Part shown: positions 26,789 through 34,881 of the stretch, one piece after another
How positions within the stretch are numbered: position 1 is the stretch's first letter
Layout of the letters: every line of letters starts with the position of its first letter
Origin: a virus
IMG/VR virus record: IMGVR_UViG_3300018083_000013
Reading direction: 5' to 3' (one strand)
Length of the DNA: 45,948 nucleotides
Program-made: the position numbers and the translations under genes
The notes under the pieces: generated by a model
Told to the model about the DNA's origin: nothing
The model's database searches: none
Seen by the model: only the letters and a program-made list of their open reading frames with translations

Positions 26789-26897
26789 TTCGGTTGGTCA
26801 CGGTTTCCCTCCCGTTGCCCTCGATTGCCCTCCGCAGGCAACGGAGGCCAACGCGGTCCTCCCGGACGCCACGCTGGCGCTCCTCGATGAAGTCTTC

Positions 26898-27170
26898 ATG
26901 CGGTTGACGTGGAAGCACGAGTACGTCGCGAAGCTGATGCAGATCAGCCCGTCCACGCTGTCGCGCGCACTGAACGAGAGTGACCGGAAGACGTTCGACG
27001 TGCGCTGGCTGACGAACCTGCCGGCCGAGTTCTGGGTCGCGCTCAACGCCCTCGTTGCCCTCAAGTTCAACATCTCGCACGCCAGTCGTCAGGAGCTCAT
27101 CCTCGAATCCATCGACGGGCATCTCGACAGTCTGAAAACGCTTGTCTCTCAGGTGGTGGTCTCGAAATGA
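26898..27170 (+). CDS. HTH DNA-binding protein (early regulator)
   Basis: EYVAKLMQISPSTLSRALNESDRK is HTH-like. ATG 26898 is the first canonical start after the minus-strand ORF. ATG 26745 is an alternative, because the frame upstream is coding-like. Confidence 0.55.
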   Translation: MRLTWKHEYVAKLMQISPSTLSRALNESDRKTFDVRWLTNLPAEFWVALNALVALKFNISHASRQELILESIDGHLDSLKTLVSQVVVSK

Positions 27171-27370
27171 ATGAACAACTGCTTACACCAGGCGAAGCGC
27201 GGCTCCGGCTCGGGCTCTCGCGATCGACGTTTCACCGGCTCCAGCAGCGCGGCAAGTTCAAGCCGTGCCTCGCGAAGATGCCGCTCGGGCGCCGGAAGTA
27301 CATCCCGGCGCTGATCGCGAAGCTCGGCAAGGGCGAATCGATCCACGAGGTCCGGCGGGCCTCACGGTGA
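27167..27370 (+). CDS. xis: Excisionase/AlpA-like HTH_17 protein
   Basis: LLTPGEARLRLGLSRSTFHRLQQRGKF is the typical MerR-type excisionase HTH. ATGA overlap upstream. Confidence 0.6.
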   Translation: MNEQLLTPGEARLRLGLSRSTFHRLQQRGKFKPCLAKMPLGRRKYIPALIAKLGKGESIHEVRRASR

Positions 27371-27543
27371 TCGGGAAGACGCCGAAGAACCGGCGGAAGG
27401 CGCGTCCCGCGTGGCAGTTCTGGACGCACGGACTGCGGCGCACGTATCGGCGCGGATGCCGATGCGAACCGTGTCGCGAGGCGAACACGGCCTACACGCA
27501 GCGGTATCGCGCCGACCGCCGGGAAGAGATGGCGATTCGATGA
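27367..27543 (+). CDS. Small basic Cys-motif protein (58 aa)
   Basis: GTG 27367 overlaps the xis stop (GTGA). It carries the motif YRRGCRCEPCREANTAY. Confidence 0.45.
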   Translation: MIGKTPKNRRKARPAWQFWTHGLRRTYRRGCRCEPCREANTAYTQRYRADRREEMAIR

Positions 27544-27638
27544 ACCCGGTCGATGCCGCGCTCGGTGTCGTGATGAGTGTGGTGGTCGTCGGCGTGGTCG
27601 TTCATGCGTGGGTCACGACGACGGACCGCCGGCGGTAG
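27540..27638 (+). CDS. Tiny membrane peptide (32 aa)
   Basis: ATGA overlap. Hydrophobic core LGVVMSVVVVGVVVHAW. Confidence 0.3.
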   Translation: MNPVDAALGVVMSVVVVGVVVHAWVTTTDRRR

Positions 27639-27646
27639 AAAACGAA

Positions 27647-27668
27647 AGGGCCACGGTCAGGTGGCCCT
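27647..27668 (-). terminator. Perfect 8-bp hairpin; a T-tract follows only on the minus strand
   Basis: agggccac-ggtcag-gtggccct. On the minus strand it is followed by ttcgttttc; on the plus strand by cagaaacaagg. Confidence 0.3.
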
Positions 27669-27687
27669 CAGAAACAAGGAGTAAAAC

Positions 27688-27891
27688 GTGTCAGCAGAAC
27701 TTATCACGATTCTCGTGTGTAGCGTAGTGAGCGGTGCCATCGGGTTCCTTGCGGGCACGCGGTGGGAGCGCATGAAGTCGGACTTCGCCATTGAGGCCGC
27801 GGCGACCGAGGCGGCGCTCGCGCGACACGAAGCGACCAATCTGGCGATTCAGAATCAGCAACTGCGCGACCAGTTGAAAGGCGGGCGGTAA
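27688..27891 (+). CDS. Small membrane-anchored coiled-coil protein
   Basis: GTG start 7 nt after aaggag. N-terminal TM helix LITILVCSVVSGAIGFLAG. Confidence 0.55.
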   Translation: MSAELITILVCSVVSGAIGFLAGTRWERMKSDFAIEAAATEAALARHEATNLAIQNQQLRDQLKGGR

Positions 27892-28403
27892 TGGCGAACG
27901 CCAGCCTCTCGGTCAACCCCGCGCTGTCAGAACTCCAGACGCACGTCCTGACGGCCTTCGGTTACCTCTACGGCGCCGCACAGCGAGGCGTCACGTCCGA
28001 CCTGTTCGACGCCTACGGGCGTCTCCTCAAGGCCACGGGTCGCACGATCGACCAGGACGCCCCGCCGCGCATGATGCGGAACCACGAAAAACTCCTGCCC
28101 TTCGGTCTCGTGCGGGACGCCGGCACGCGGCTCCTGATGGTCGAGGAAGTGGTCGGGCCGCTGATGCGCTACCTCGCCTACGAATCGCACTGGTGGCTGG
28201 CCGACGTGACCATGAAGGGATGGGCGCTCGCGGAAGCCGAGTTCCATCAGAAGTGCCACGACGAGGCGCTGATCGACGCGGCCAAGTACGACGCGGACGG
28301 CGAAGAGGGCGAAGCGGAACTCTGCCGGCGCGGCGCGGACATTTCACTGGAGCAGTCGCGGAAGTTCGCGGCGCTCGCGCTCGGAGAAGGGTGGGTCAAG
28401 TAA
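27891..28403 (+). CDS. Hypothetical early protein (170 aa)
   Basis: TAATG coupling at both ends; clean ORF. Confidence 0.55.
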   Translation: MANASLSVNPALSELQTHVLTAFGYLYGAAQRGVTSDLFDAYGRLLKATGRTIDQDAPPRMMRNHEKLLPFGLVRDAGTRLLMVEEVVGPLMRYLAYESHWWLADVTMKGWALAEAEFHQKCHDEALIDAAKYDADGEEGEAELCRRGADISLEQSRKFAALALGEGWVK

Positions 28404-29869
28404 TGCGCGACATCATCCTGATCGACCTCTCCTCGATCGCGCATCCGATTTGGCATATGTCCGGCGCCGAGCCTGACCCGAATGCGGCGTCCCAGAAGAT
28501 CGTCGCGCGGGTGCGGTCGATTGCCACGGACCAGCCGCACGTCGCCGTCTGCTGCGACAAGGGCAAGTCCTTCCGGCACGACATCACGCCGACCTACAAG
28601 GCGAACCGTCCGGAGTCGGACGCCACGCTGCGCCATCAGATTCAACTGGCCGTCGAGATTCTTCAGGCTGACGGGTTTCCGGTCTGGGCGGTTCCGGGGT
28701 TCGAAGCGGACGACCTGATCGCGTCGGCGACGGTGCAGGCGCTCAACGACGAAGAGACCACGGTCGCCATCTTCTCGGCCGACAAGGATCTGCTGCAACT
28801 GGTGGGCGAGCGCGTGCGCCAGGTGTCCACGATCAACGGCGTCGTCTACGACGCGGCTGGCGTGCGCGAGAAGTTCGGCGTGTCGCCGTCCGAGATGCGC
28901 GATTACCTGACGCTGGTTGGCGATGCCGCGGACAACGTGCGCGGCGCGAAGGGCATCGGGGCGAAGACGGCCGCGGAACTACTGGAACGCTTCGGCTCGA
29001 TCGACAACCTCTATCGCGACATGCGCGAGGTCGGTGTCGTCTCGTTGAAGTTCACGCCGTCGCGCGTCACGGCGCTGCGCGAGTTCGAACCGCTGTACCC
29101 CCAGACCCGCGAACTGATCACGCTGCGGACGGATGTCGACCTGCCGTTCGCGCAACTGTTCGACACACGGACACCGAAAGACGCCGGGACGTTCGGCATG
29201 GATGAGGACACGACGATGGACACCAAAGACGAAACGATGCCGATGCCGACCGCGCCGCCGCCGATGACGAAGTTCGCTGAACAGGCGCCGGCGCCGGTCG
29301 AAACAGCCGCTCCGGTGAAGGCGATCGCTACGCGCAGCGAAGTCCTTCCTGCGCCGGCGGAATGGGAGCGCGGCCTCGAGCCACGGTCGATGACCGAGTT
29401 GATCACGCTCGCGAAGTGTCTCTTCGAGTCGCGTCTGTTCTCGGCCTACGGCACGCCGCAGGCGGTCCTGTCCACGCTCCTCGCCGGGCGCGAACTCGGG
29501 ATGCAGTCGATGGCGGCGATGCGCGCCATCCACATCATCGAGGGCAAGCCCACGCTGTCGGCCGACCTGATTCGCGGGTTGATCCTGCGGTCAGGGAAGG
29601 CCAAGTACTTCCGCTGCACCGAGCGGAGCGCCACGTCTGCGACGTTCGTCACGAAGCGGATCGGCGACCCGGAGATGTCGCTGACCTACACGATCGAGGA
29701 GGCCACGGCGGCAGGGCTCGTCAAGGAAAAGAGCGGATGGGTGAAGAACCCGGCCGACATGCTCGTCGCCAGGGCCGGGTCGAAACTGGCCCGCCTCGCC
29801 TACCCGGATGTCGTCCACGGCATCTACACCCGCGAAGAGATTGAAGAAGGGCGGGAGGTCGCGGCCTGA
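28403..29869 (+). CDS. Fusion protein: FEN/Pol I-type 5'-3' exonuclease (PIN + H3TH) with a C-terminal RecT-like single-strand annealing domain
   Basis: N-terminal domain: IDLSSIAHPIWH, TYKANRPE, PGFEADDLIAS, SADKDLLQLV, LVGDAADNVRGAKGIGAKTAAELLERFGS. A Pro/Ala/Thr/Asp linker follows. C-terminal domain: LLAGRELGMQSMAAMRAIHIIEGKPTLSADLIRGLILRSGK...WVKNPADMLVARAGSKLARLAYPDVVHGIYTREE, which is RecT-like as seen in actinophage RecT proteins (recalled from memory). Confidence 0.7.
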   Translation: MRDIILIDLSSIAHPIWHMSGAEPDPNAASQKIVARVRSIATDQPHVAVCCDKGKSFRHDITPTYKANRPESDATLRHQIQLAVEILQADGFPVWAVPGFEADDLIASATVQALNDEETTVAIFSADKDLLQLVGERVRQVSTINGVVYDAAGVREKFGVSPSEMRDYLTLVGDAADNVRGAKGIGAKTAAELLERFGSIDNLYRDMREVGVVSLKFTPSRVTALREFEPLYPQTRELITLRTDVDLPFAQLFDTRTPKDAGTFGMDEDTTMDTKDETMPMPTAPPPMTKFAEQAPAPVETAAPVKAIATRSEVLPAPAEWERGLEPRSMTELITLAKCLFESRLFSAYGTPQAVLSTLLAGRELGMQSMAAMRAIHIIEGKPTLSADLIRGLILRSGKAKYFRCTERSATSATFVTKRIGDPEMSLTYTIEEATAAGLVKEKSGWVKNPADMLVARAGSKLARLAYPDVVHGIYTREEIEEGREVAA

Positions 29870-30318
29870 TGGCGGTCAACGAAACGCTCCTCGTCCTGCG
29901 GTCGATCGACGCTTCACTAAAGGAGCTGGTCGCCATCGCGCGGACGAAGCGCGGCGGCACGGCGTCTGCGGCGGTGGTGGCCGATGACCGCGACCTCGAC
30001 AGCACGCACGGCGACTTCGTCGTGAAGTTCGACCCGCGCGACTGGCGCGGCGACTCCTGCAAGGGGCTCCGTCTCTCACAGTGCCCTGCGGACTTCCTCG
30101 ACATGCTCGCCGGCACGCTCGACTACCTCGCGGAGAAGGCCGAGCGGACGAACGAGCAGACGACTGGCGGCAAGGCGGTCGCGCCCTACAAGCGCAAAGA
30201 CGCGGCGCGGTGTCGCGGGTGGGCCGCGAGGGTTCGCGCGGGCAAGACGGCGCCTGCGACCAACGGCCACGCCGGCGGAGGCGAATGGGAAACATCGGAG
30301 GAGGACGGGTTTCGATGA
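29869..30318 (+). CDS. Conserved phage hypothetical protein (recombination-module associated)
   Basis: TGATG coupling. The pattern DDRDLDSTHGDFVVKFDPRDWRGDS...CPADFLDMLA...YKRKDAARCRGWA is recalled from other prophages; its function is unknown. Confidence 0.55.
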   Translation: MAVNETLLVLRSIDASLKELVAIARTKRGGTASAAVVADDRDLDSTHGDFVVKFDPRDWRGDSCKGLRLSQCPADFLDMLAGTLDYLAEKAERTNEQTTGGKAVAPYKRKDAARCRGWAARVRAGKTAPATNGHAGGGEWETSEEDGFR

Positions 30319-30782
30319 GCCAAGACCAAGCGGTCTTTGTCGGCACGGTTGAAGCGGACGGCCGCGTGAAGCTCGAGTTCCCGTCGCAGATGCGCGCCTA
30401 CTGCAAGGCGCGGTACGCCGGGCAGTGCGTGGACGTGATCATTGCGCCGCAGGGGCACGCGAAGACCCGCGCGCAGGAGGCGGGCTTCCACGCGATGATC
30501 ACGCCCTGGGCGCGCGATGATGGTCACCGGATTGACGACCTGAAGCGCGACATCCTGCGGGCGGTCTTCGGCGAACAGGAGCACACCAATCCGCTGACCG
30601 GCGAGATCACGCTGGTGCTGCGTGAGCCGTCCACGTCGAAGCTGAACCGCGCGAAGTACTGCGAGCTCATCGAGCGGACGCTGGAACTCGGCGCCGAGTG
30701 CGGCGTCGTCCTCATCGCTCCCAACGAATACAAGCAGATGAAAGAGCGCGAGAACAGGCGCCAGCGAAAGGCGGTCGCGTAA
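30315..30782 (+). CDS. Hypothetical protein, possibly NinB/Orf-like recombination mediator
   Basis: ATGA coupling. There is weak pattern similarity (…EPSTSKLNRAKYCELIERTLELGAECGV) to NinB-fold proteins. Confidence 0.5.
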   Translation: MSQDQAVFVGTVEADGRVKLEFPSQMRAYCKARYAGQCVDVIIAPQGHAKTRAQEAGFHAMITPWARDDGHRIDDLKRDILRAVFGEQEHTNPLTGEITLVLREPSTSKLNRAKYCELIERTLELGAECGVVLIAPNEYKQMKERENRRQRKAVA

Positions 30783-31009
30783 TGCCCATCCAGACTGACG
30801 TAGACATCTGCGACCACTGCGAGACGGTCTCTGACGACGGCCTGACCACGGTCTGCGTGGAACCGGGCGAGCCGATGGACATGGGGTTCCCCGGTTGTGA
30901 CGCGGTCCTCGAGGACTGGTGCGCGGCCTGCGTGAAGTCCGCGAAGCACCACGGCATCGTGCGCGACGAAGAACCGGAACCAGATCCAGACGTGGAGTTG
31001 AAGGCGTGA
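30782..31009 (+). CDS. Small acidic Cys-containing protein (75 aa)
   Basis: TAATG coupling. Contains CDHC...C...CAAC. Confidence 0.5.
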   Translation: MPIQTDVDICDHCETVSDDGLTTVCVEPGEPMDMGFPGCDAVLEDWCAACVKSAKHHGIVRDEEPEPDPDVELKA

Positions 31010-31500
31010 GTCTGGACTTCCTGAAGACGCGCGAAGAGATCGAGGCAGAGTTGACGCCGGAGGAACTGCGTCAGCGCACCGCGAAGCCGGCGCCAGGCGC
31101 GGCACGCCTGAAGCGGCAGACCGACAAGCTGAAGGATAAGGGCGCGATCGAGAAAAGCATCACGGCCGTCGAGGCCGAAGCGCGGCGCGCCGACCGGGAG
31201 ATTCGCTTCTTCTGTTTCCTGCGCGACCACCGGAAGTGCCGGGCGTTCGGCATCCTCCTGAAGTTCGACACGGACAACCTGAAAAAGAAGTCCGAGAACC
31301 ACCACATCGTCTTGAAGTCTGCCGGCGGATCCGACGACCCGGAGAACCGGATCACGTTGTCACCAAAGGCGCATCAGATGCGGCACGCCGAAACCCTCGA
31401 CGTTGAGGGGAACGGGAACGGGACCGTCACGTTCACGGAATACGAGTTCAACACGGACGGGTCTCGCCGGTTCATTCGAAGTTGGGAGAGCACGCTGTGA
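31006..31500 (+). CDS. HNH endonuclease-like protein
   Basis: GTG 31006 overlaps the upstream stop (GTGA). Contains ENHHIVLKSAGGSDDPENRITLSPKAHQMRH. Confidence 0.6.
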   Translation: MSLDFLKTREEIEAELTPEELRQRTAKPAPGAARLKRQTDKLKDKGAIEKSITAVEAEARRADREIRFFCFLRDHRKCRAFGILLKFDTDNLKKKSENHHIVLKSAGGSDDPENRITLSPKAHQMRHAETLDVEGNGNGTVTFTEYEFNTDGSRRFIRSWESTL

Positions 31501-31628
31501 ACACCGACATCTACGCGGAACTCCTGCGAATCACGGCGAAGTGGGACGCCCTCCGAAAGAGCGTGAGCGACCCGGAGAGTTGCCAGATTCGCATCTGGTT
31601 GGCGGAACTGCGGAGGGCAAGAGTATGA
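31497..31628 (+). CDS. Small hypothetical protein (43 aa, below the track cutoff)
   Basis: GTGA and ATGA coupling on both sides with no internal stop. Confidence 0.4.
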   Translation: MNTDIYAELLRITAKWDALRKSVSDPESCQIRIWLAELRRARV

Positions 31629-31936
31629 AGCGCACCACGAACGGTTACGAGCGGGTGATGTCCACAAAGACGATGGGCAACGACGGCATCATCGGCACGC
31701 CCGCGCACACGCCGAAAGCGACCGGCCATCTGCCTGATCGATCCTGGTGGATCTGTGATCGCGCGGAGTTCTCAAGGCGCCTGAGAACGGAAACGCCGCG
31801 CATGATTCTCTCGCCCTGCGGCAAGGCGGGATCGCTGTTCGACTTTGGGGCCAACATCGAGGAACCGAGACGGCCCGCCATGCGGGATCGATCCGTGCCG
31901 GAACCCAAACCTTTGACCCACAGCCGGTGCGCCTGA
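31625..31936 (+). CDS. Hypothetical protein (103 aa)
   Basis: ATG 31625 within track ORF 31403..31936. Confidence 0.5.
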   Translation: MKRTTNGYERVMSTKTMGNDGIIGTPAHTPKATGHLPDRSWWICDRAEFSRRLRTETPRMILSPCGKAGSLFDFGANIEEPRRPAMRDRSVPEPKPLTHSRCA

Positions 31937-32058
31937 TGCAGCTTGACCTGTTCGCCGCCTTGCTGCCGACCGTGACCTGTTTCTTCGGCGCCGCGTGGGA
32001 AGTGGACTGCACGAGTCGTCAGCCCTGCGCGAAGTGCGAAGCGTTCCAAGGAGACTGA
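31936..32058 (+). CDS. Small Cys-containing hypothetical protein (40 aa)
   Basis: TGATG coupling. MQLDLFAALLP...CTSRQPCAKCEAFQGD. Confidence 0.35.
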   Translation: MQLDLFAALLPTVTCFFGAAWEVDCTSRQPCAKCEAFQGD

Positions 32059-32060
32059 CC

Positions 32061-32447
32061 GTGATCGATCAGCCGTCCTTCTTCCCTCAGTTTGACGCGC
32101 CGGCGCCGCGCACGGTTGCGCCGGCCAGCCGGAAAGCCTTCGAGCGGATCGAGCCGACGCTGACCGAGCGCGAGATTGAGATTTTCATTCTCGTGGCCGA
32201 CTACCTCGAGCAGACGAAGCAACCGGATGTGACCGGCGGTGAACTCGCGGAGTGGAGCGGGAAAGACAAGACGACGATCCGCCCCAGGTTGACGGGATTG
32301 CACGCGAAGAAGTGGCTGCAGTCGTGGCACATGCGGCCGAGCCGGGCGCGGCTTGAGGGGGCGTGTCATCCGTACTCGCTGGCCGTGCCGCGGAGTGCGA
32401 TCGAGCGAGTGAAGGCGGAAGTGACAAGTCAGAAGGAGCGCGGCTGA
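32061..32447 (+). CDS. Winged-helix (MarR-like) DNA-binding protein
   Basis: GTG 32061 lies 7 nt after aaggag. Contains EIFILVADYLEQTKQPDVTGGELAEWSGKDKTTIRPRLTGLHAKKWL. Confidence 0.55.
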   Translation: MIDQPSFFPQFDAPAPRTVAPASRKAFERIEPTLTEREIEIFILVADYLEQTKQPDVTGGELAEWSGKDKTTIRPRLTGLHAKKWLQSWHMRPSRARLEGACHPYSLAVPRSAIERVKAEVTSQKERG

Positions 32448-33124
32448 TGGCATGGGTGCGGTACGACGACGGATTCGCCAGACACCCAAAGGTGATCAAG
32501 GCCGCAAAACTGATCGGCGGGAAGTTCGCGAAGTCCCGCCTCTTGGGTCTCCATTTGGAGGCCACGAGCTACTGCAACAGTCACGCGACGGACGGCTTCA
32601 TCGCTGATGTTGTGATGGACGAGGAACTGACGAGCGACCCAGATGCTAGGGAACTCCTCCGCATCTGCGCCCTTCCGTCTATCAAGTTGGCGCACCGAGT
32701 GCGTGGGGGGTATCGGCTCCACGACTACCACGACTACCAGCCCTCAAAAAAGGAAATGGAAGATTCCCGAGCATATGAGCGGGAAAAGAAACGACGGCAG
32801 CGGAGTTGTCCCGAGAATGTCCCGCAGGGACACGCGCGTTCTAACGACCATGTCCCGAGCCTGTCCCTACATCCGTCCGGCCCGGCCGTCCGGCCCGGCC
32901 CGTCCGACCCTATTCAAGATCAAGATCACCGCGCTGACGCGCGGGATTCGCACTCGGTGCTGGTGCGCCTCGGACACGACGCCTACCGAGACTCACCCCT
33001 CGACCCCAAGAACGCCCTGAAGGACGCCGCCGGCAAGCACGGCATCCCGTACGACGCGACGGCCATCAACGCCGCCCTCGACGCGGTGGAACATCAGCGG
33101 CAACTGCGCGCGGTGGAGTCGTGA
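32447..33124 (+). CDS. Hypothetical protein (possible replication/organiser function)
   Basis: TGATG coupling. 225 aa with a low-complexity Pro/Ser middle; no confident motif. Confidence 0.5.
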   Translation: MAWVRYDDGFARHPKVIKAAKLIGGKFAKSRLLGLHLEATSYCNSHATDGFIADVVMDEELTSDPDARELLRICALPSIKLAHRVRGGYRLHDYHDYQPSKKEMEDSRAYEREKKRRQRSCPENVPQGHARSNDHVPSLSLHPSGPAVRPGPSDPIQDQDHRADARDSHSVLVRLGHDAYRDSPLDPKNALKDAAGKHGIPYDATAINAALDAVEHQRQLRAVES

Positions 33125-33140
33125 TCGTGGACAAGCCGCG

Positions 33141-33174
33141 GCAGAAGGCGGGCGCATGACGGCCCTGCGGGTGC
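33141..33174 (+). repeat. 34-bp exact direct repeat, copy 1 (leader plus the first 6 codons and first base of codon 7 of the MTase gene)
   Basis: gcagaaggcgggcgcatgacggccctgcgggtgc, identical to 33987..34020. Confidence 0.95.
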
Positions 33175-33908
33175 AGCCGGCCTACTACAACGAGAGCGAT
33201 CCGTTCGCCGCCGCGTGGTTGCGCGAACTGATTAAAGCGAGGCTAATAGCCGATGGTGAAGTTGACGAACGAGACATCAGAGACGTGCAAGCCGACGACG
33301 TGCGCGGATTCGTGCAGTGTCACTTCTTCGCCGGCATTGCCGGATGGTCGTATGCGCTTCGATTGGCAGGATGGGCTGATGCCAGAACCATCTGGACCGG
33401 AAGTTGTCCCTGCCAACCGTGGAGCGTGGCGGGAACGAATCAAGGGGCCGACGATTCCCGCGATCTTTGGCCGACGTGGAGCCGGCTCATCCGCGAGTGT
33501 CGCCCTGTCTCGGTCCTTGGAGAGCAGGTTGCGTCAGCAGATGCCCTCTTGTGGATTGATCGCGCTGCGGAGGACATGGAAAGCCTGGGATACGCCTTCG
33601 GGGCGTTCGTTCTCCCGGCTGTTAGTGTCGGCGCCCCACACCAACGTGACCGACTTTACTTTGTGGCCGACGCCAACGGCGCAACGTCAGAGCGGAGGGA
33701 TCAGATTCTTCGGCGGGACGCGCGCCCGCAACAAGTGGGTCAGCCTTGGGGTTTTGCCGACTGGCAAGGCGGACTTATGCCGACTGGCGGCGTGGATGAT
33801 GGGATTTCCGATGGACTGGCTAAACGCATCGTCAACGGTTTCGGCAATGCCATCGTCCCGCAAGTCGCGGCGGAAGTGATCAAAGCCTACATGGAGATTG
33901 TGGCGTGA
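33156..33908 (+). CDS. DNA (cytosine-5)-methyltransferase-like protein
   Basis: FFAGIAGWS (motif I-like), GSCPCQPWS (motif IV PCQ), GEQV (motif VI ENV-like) and QRDRLYFVA (motif VIII). Confidence 0.7.
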   Translation: MTALRVQPAYYNESDPFAAAWLRELIKARLIADGEVDERDIRDVQADDVRGFVQCHFFAGIAGWSYALRLAGWADARTIWTGSCPCQPWSVAGTNQGADDSRDLWPTWSRLIRECRPVSVLGEQVASADALLWIDRAAEDMESLGYAFGAFVLPAVSVGAPHQRDRLYFVADANGATSERRDQILRRDARPQQVGQPWGFADWQGGLMPTGGVDDGISDGLAKRIVNGFGNAIVPQVAAEVIKAYMEIVA

Positions 33909-33986
33909 TCCTGTGTCGGAGAGTGGAGAGACGACGATGAATTGGGATGACTTGGCGGCTCGAGAGAACGGTAAGCGCGGCGGCAA

Positions 33987-34020
33987 GCAGAAGGCGGGCG
34001 CATGACGGCCCTGCGGGTGC
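33987..34020 (+). repeat. 34-bp exact direct repeat, copy 2
   Basis: Identical to 33141..33174. Confidence 0.95.
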
Positions 34021-34785
34021 TGGTGGGGTGCGAGTTTTCAGGCGTGGTGCGCGAAGCGTTCCGCGCGAAGGGTCACGAGGCTTGGTCATGCGATTTGCTT
34101 CCGGCCGAGGACGGTAGCCGGTGGCATTTCCAGTGCGACGTTCTGAATGTTCTTAAGAACGGTTGGGATGTGGCGATATTTCATCCACCATGCACCTACT
34201 TAGTTACTTCTGCGGCATGGGCGTTTACTGACGGGCCGTATCACCAGAAGGTTAAGCCTGGCACATTAGTCGGAGCGGCGCGACGTGAAGCTCGGGAAGA
34301 GTCGCTGTCATTTGTGCGCGCCCTGATGGATGCGCCTATTCCACGTATCGCTATTGAGAATCCTATCGGCGCGATTGGAACGCGCATCCGGAAGGCTGAT
34401 CAAGTTATTCATCCGTGGCAATTCGGTCACGACGCCAGTAAGGCGACGTGTCTATGGTTAAAGGGGCTGCCGATGCTGAAGCCGACGGACATCCTTAACT
34501 TGCCCGGCGTGGGTCAGGTGCGAGTGCTGCGACGACTTTCTCTGCACGATTCACGGCACTAATCAGAATCCAATCCACGCCTACGATTGTGCTTGTCCGT
34601 CGATTGATACATGGGCATTGAGAGGCATCGATCCGTATTCCGAAGGTGGCAAAGGCTACCGCGCAAACCAGACAGCCAGTGGCCAGAACAAACTCACACC
34701 TGGACCGAATAGATGGAAAGAACGCAGCATTACCTATCAAGGCATAGCCGACGCGATGGCCGAGCAGTGGGGAACTTTTCGATGA
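34002..34785 (+). pseudogene. Second C5-methyltransferase-like gene split over two frames (+1 frame change within 34483-34562)
   Basis: Frame A (34002..34562) carries CEFSGVVREAF, FHPPCTYL and IAIENP. The next frame is open from 34483 to TGA 34783-85 and encodes WVRCECCDDFLCTIHG..HAYDCACPSIDTW...RWKERSITYQGIADAMAEQWG. That is the typical C-terminus of this MTase family, and it has no start codon of its own. Confidence 0.6.
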
Positions 34786-34881
34786 GGTCGCTGGCACGTC
34801 CGCTCGTAAGCACGCACGCCGCAAGCGACTCAAGAAGCCTTTGAACTTTTTTGGCGCGTGGAGAGACGGAGACACTGACGC

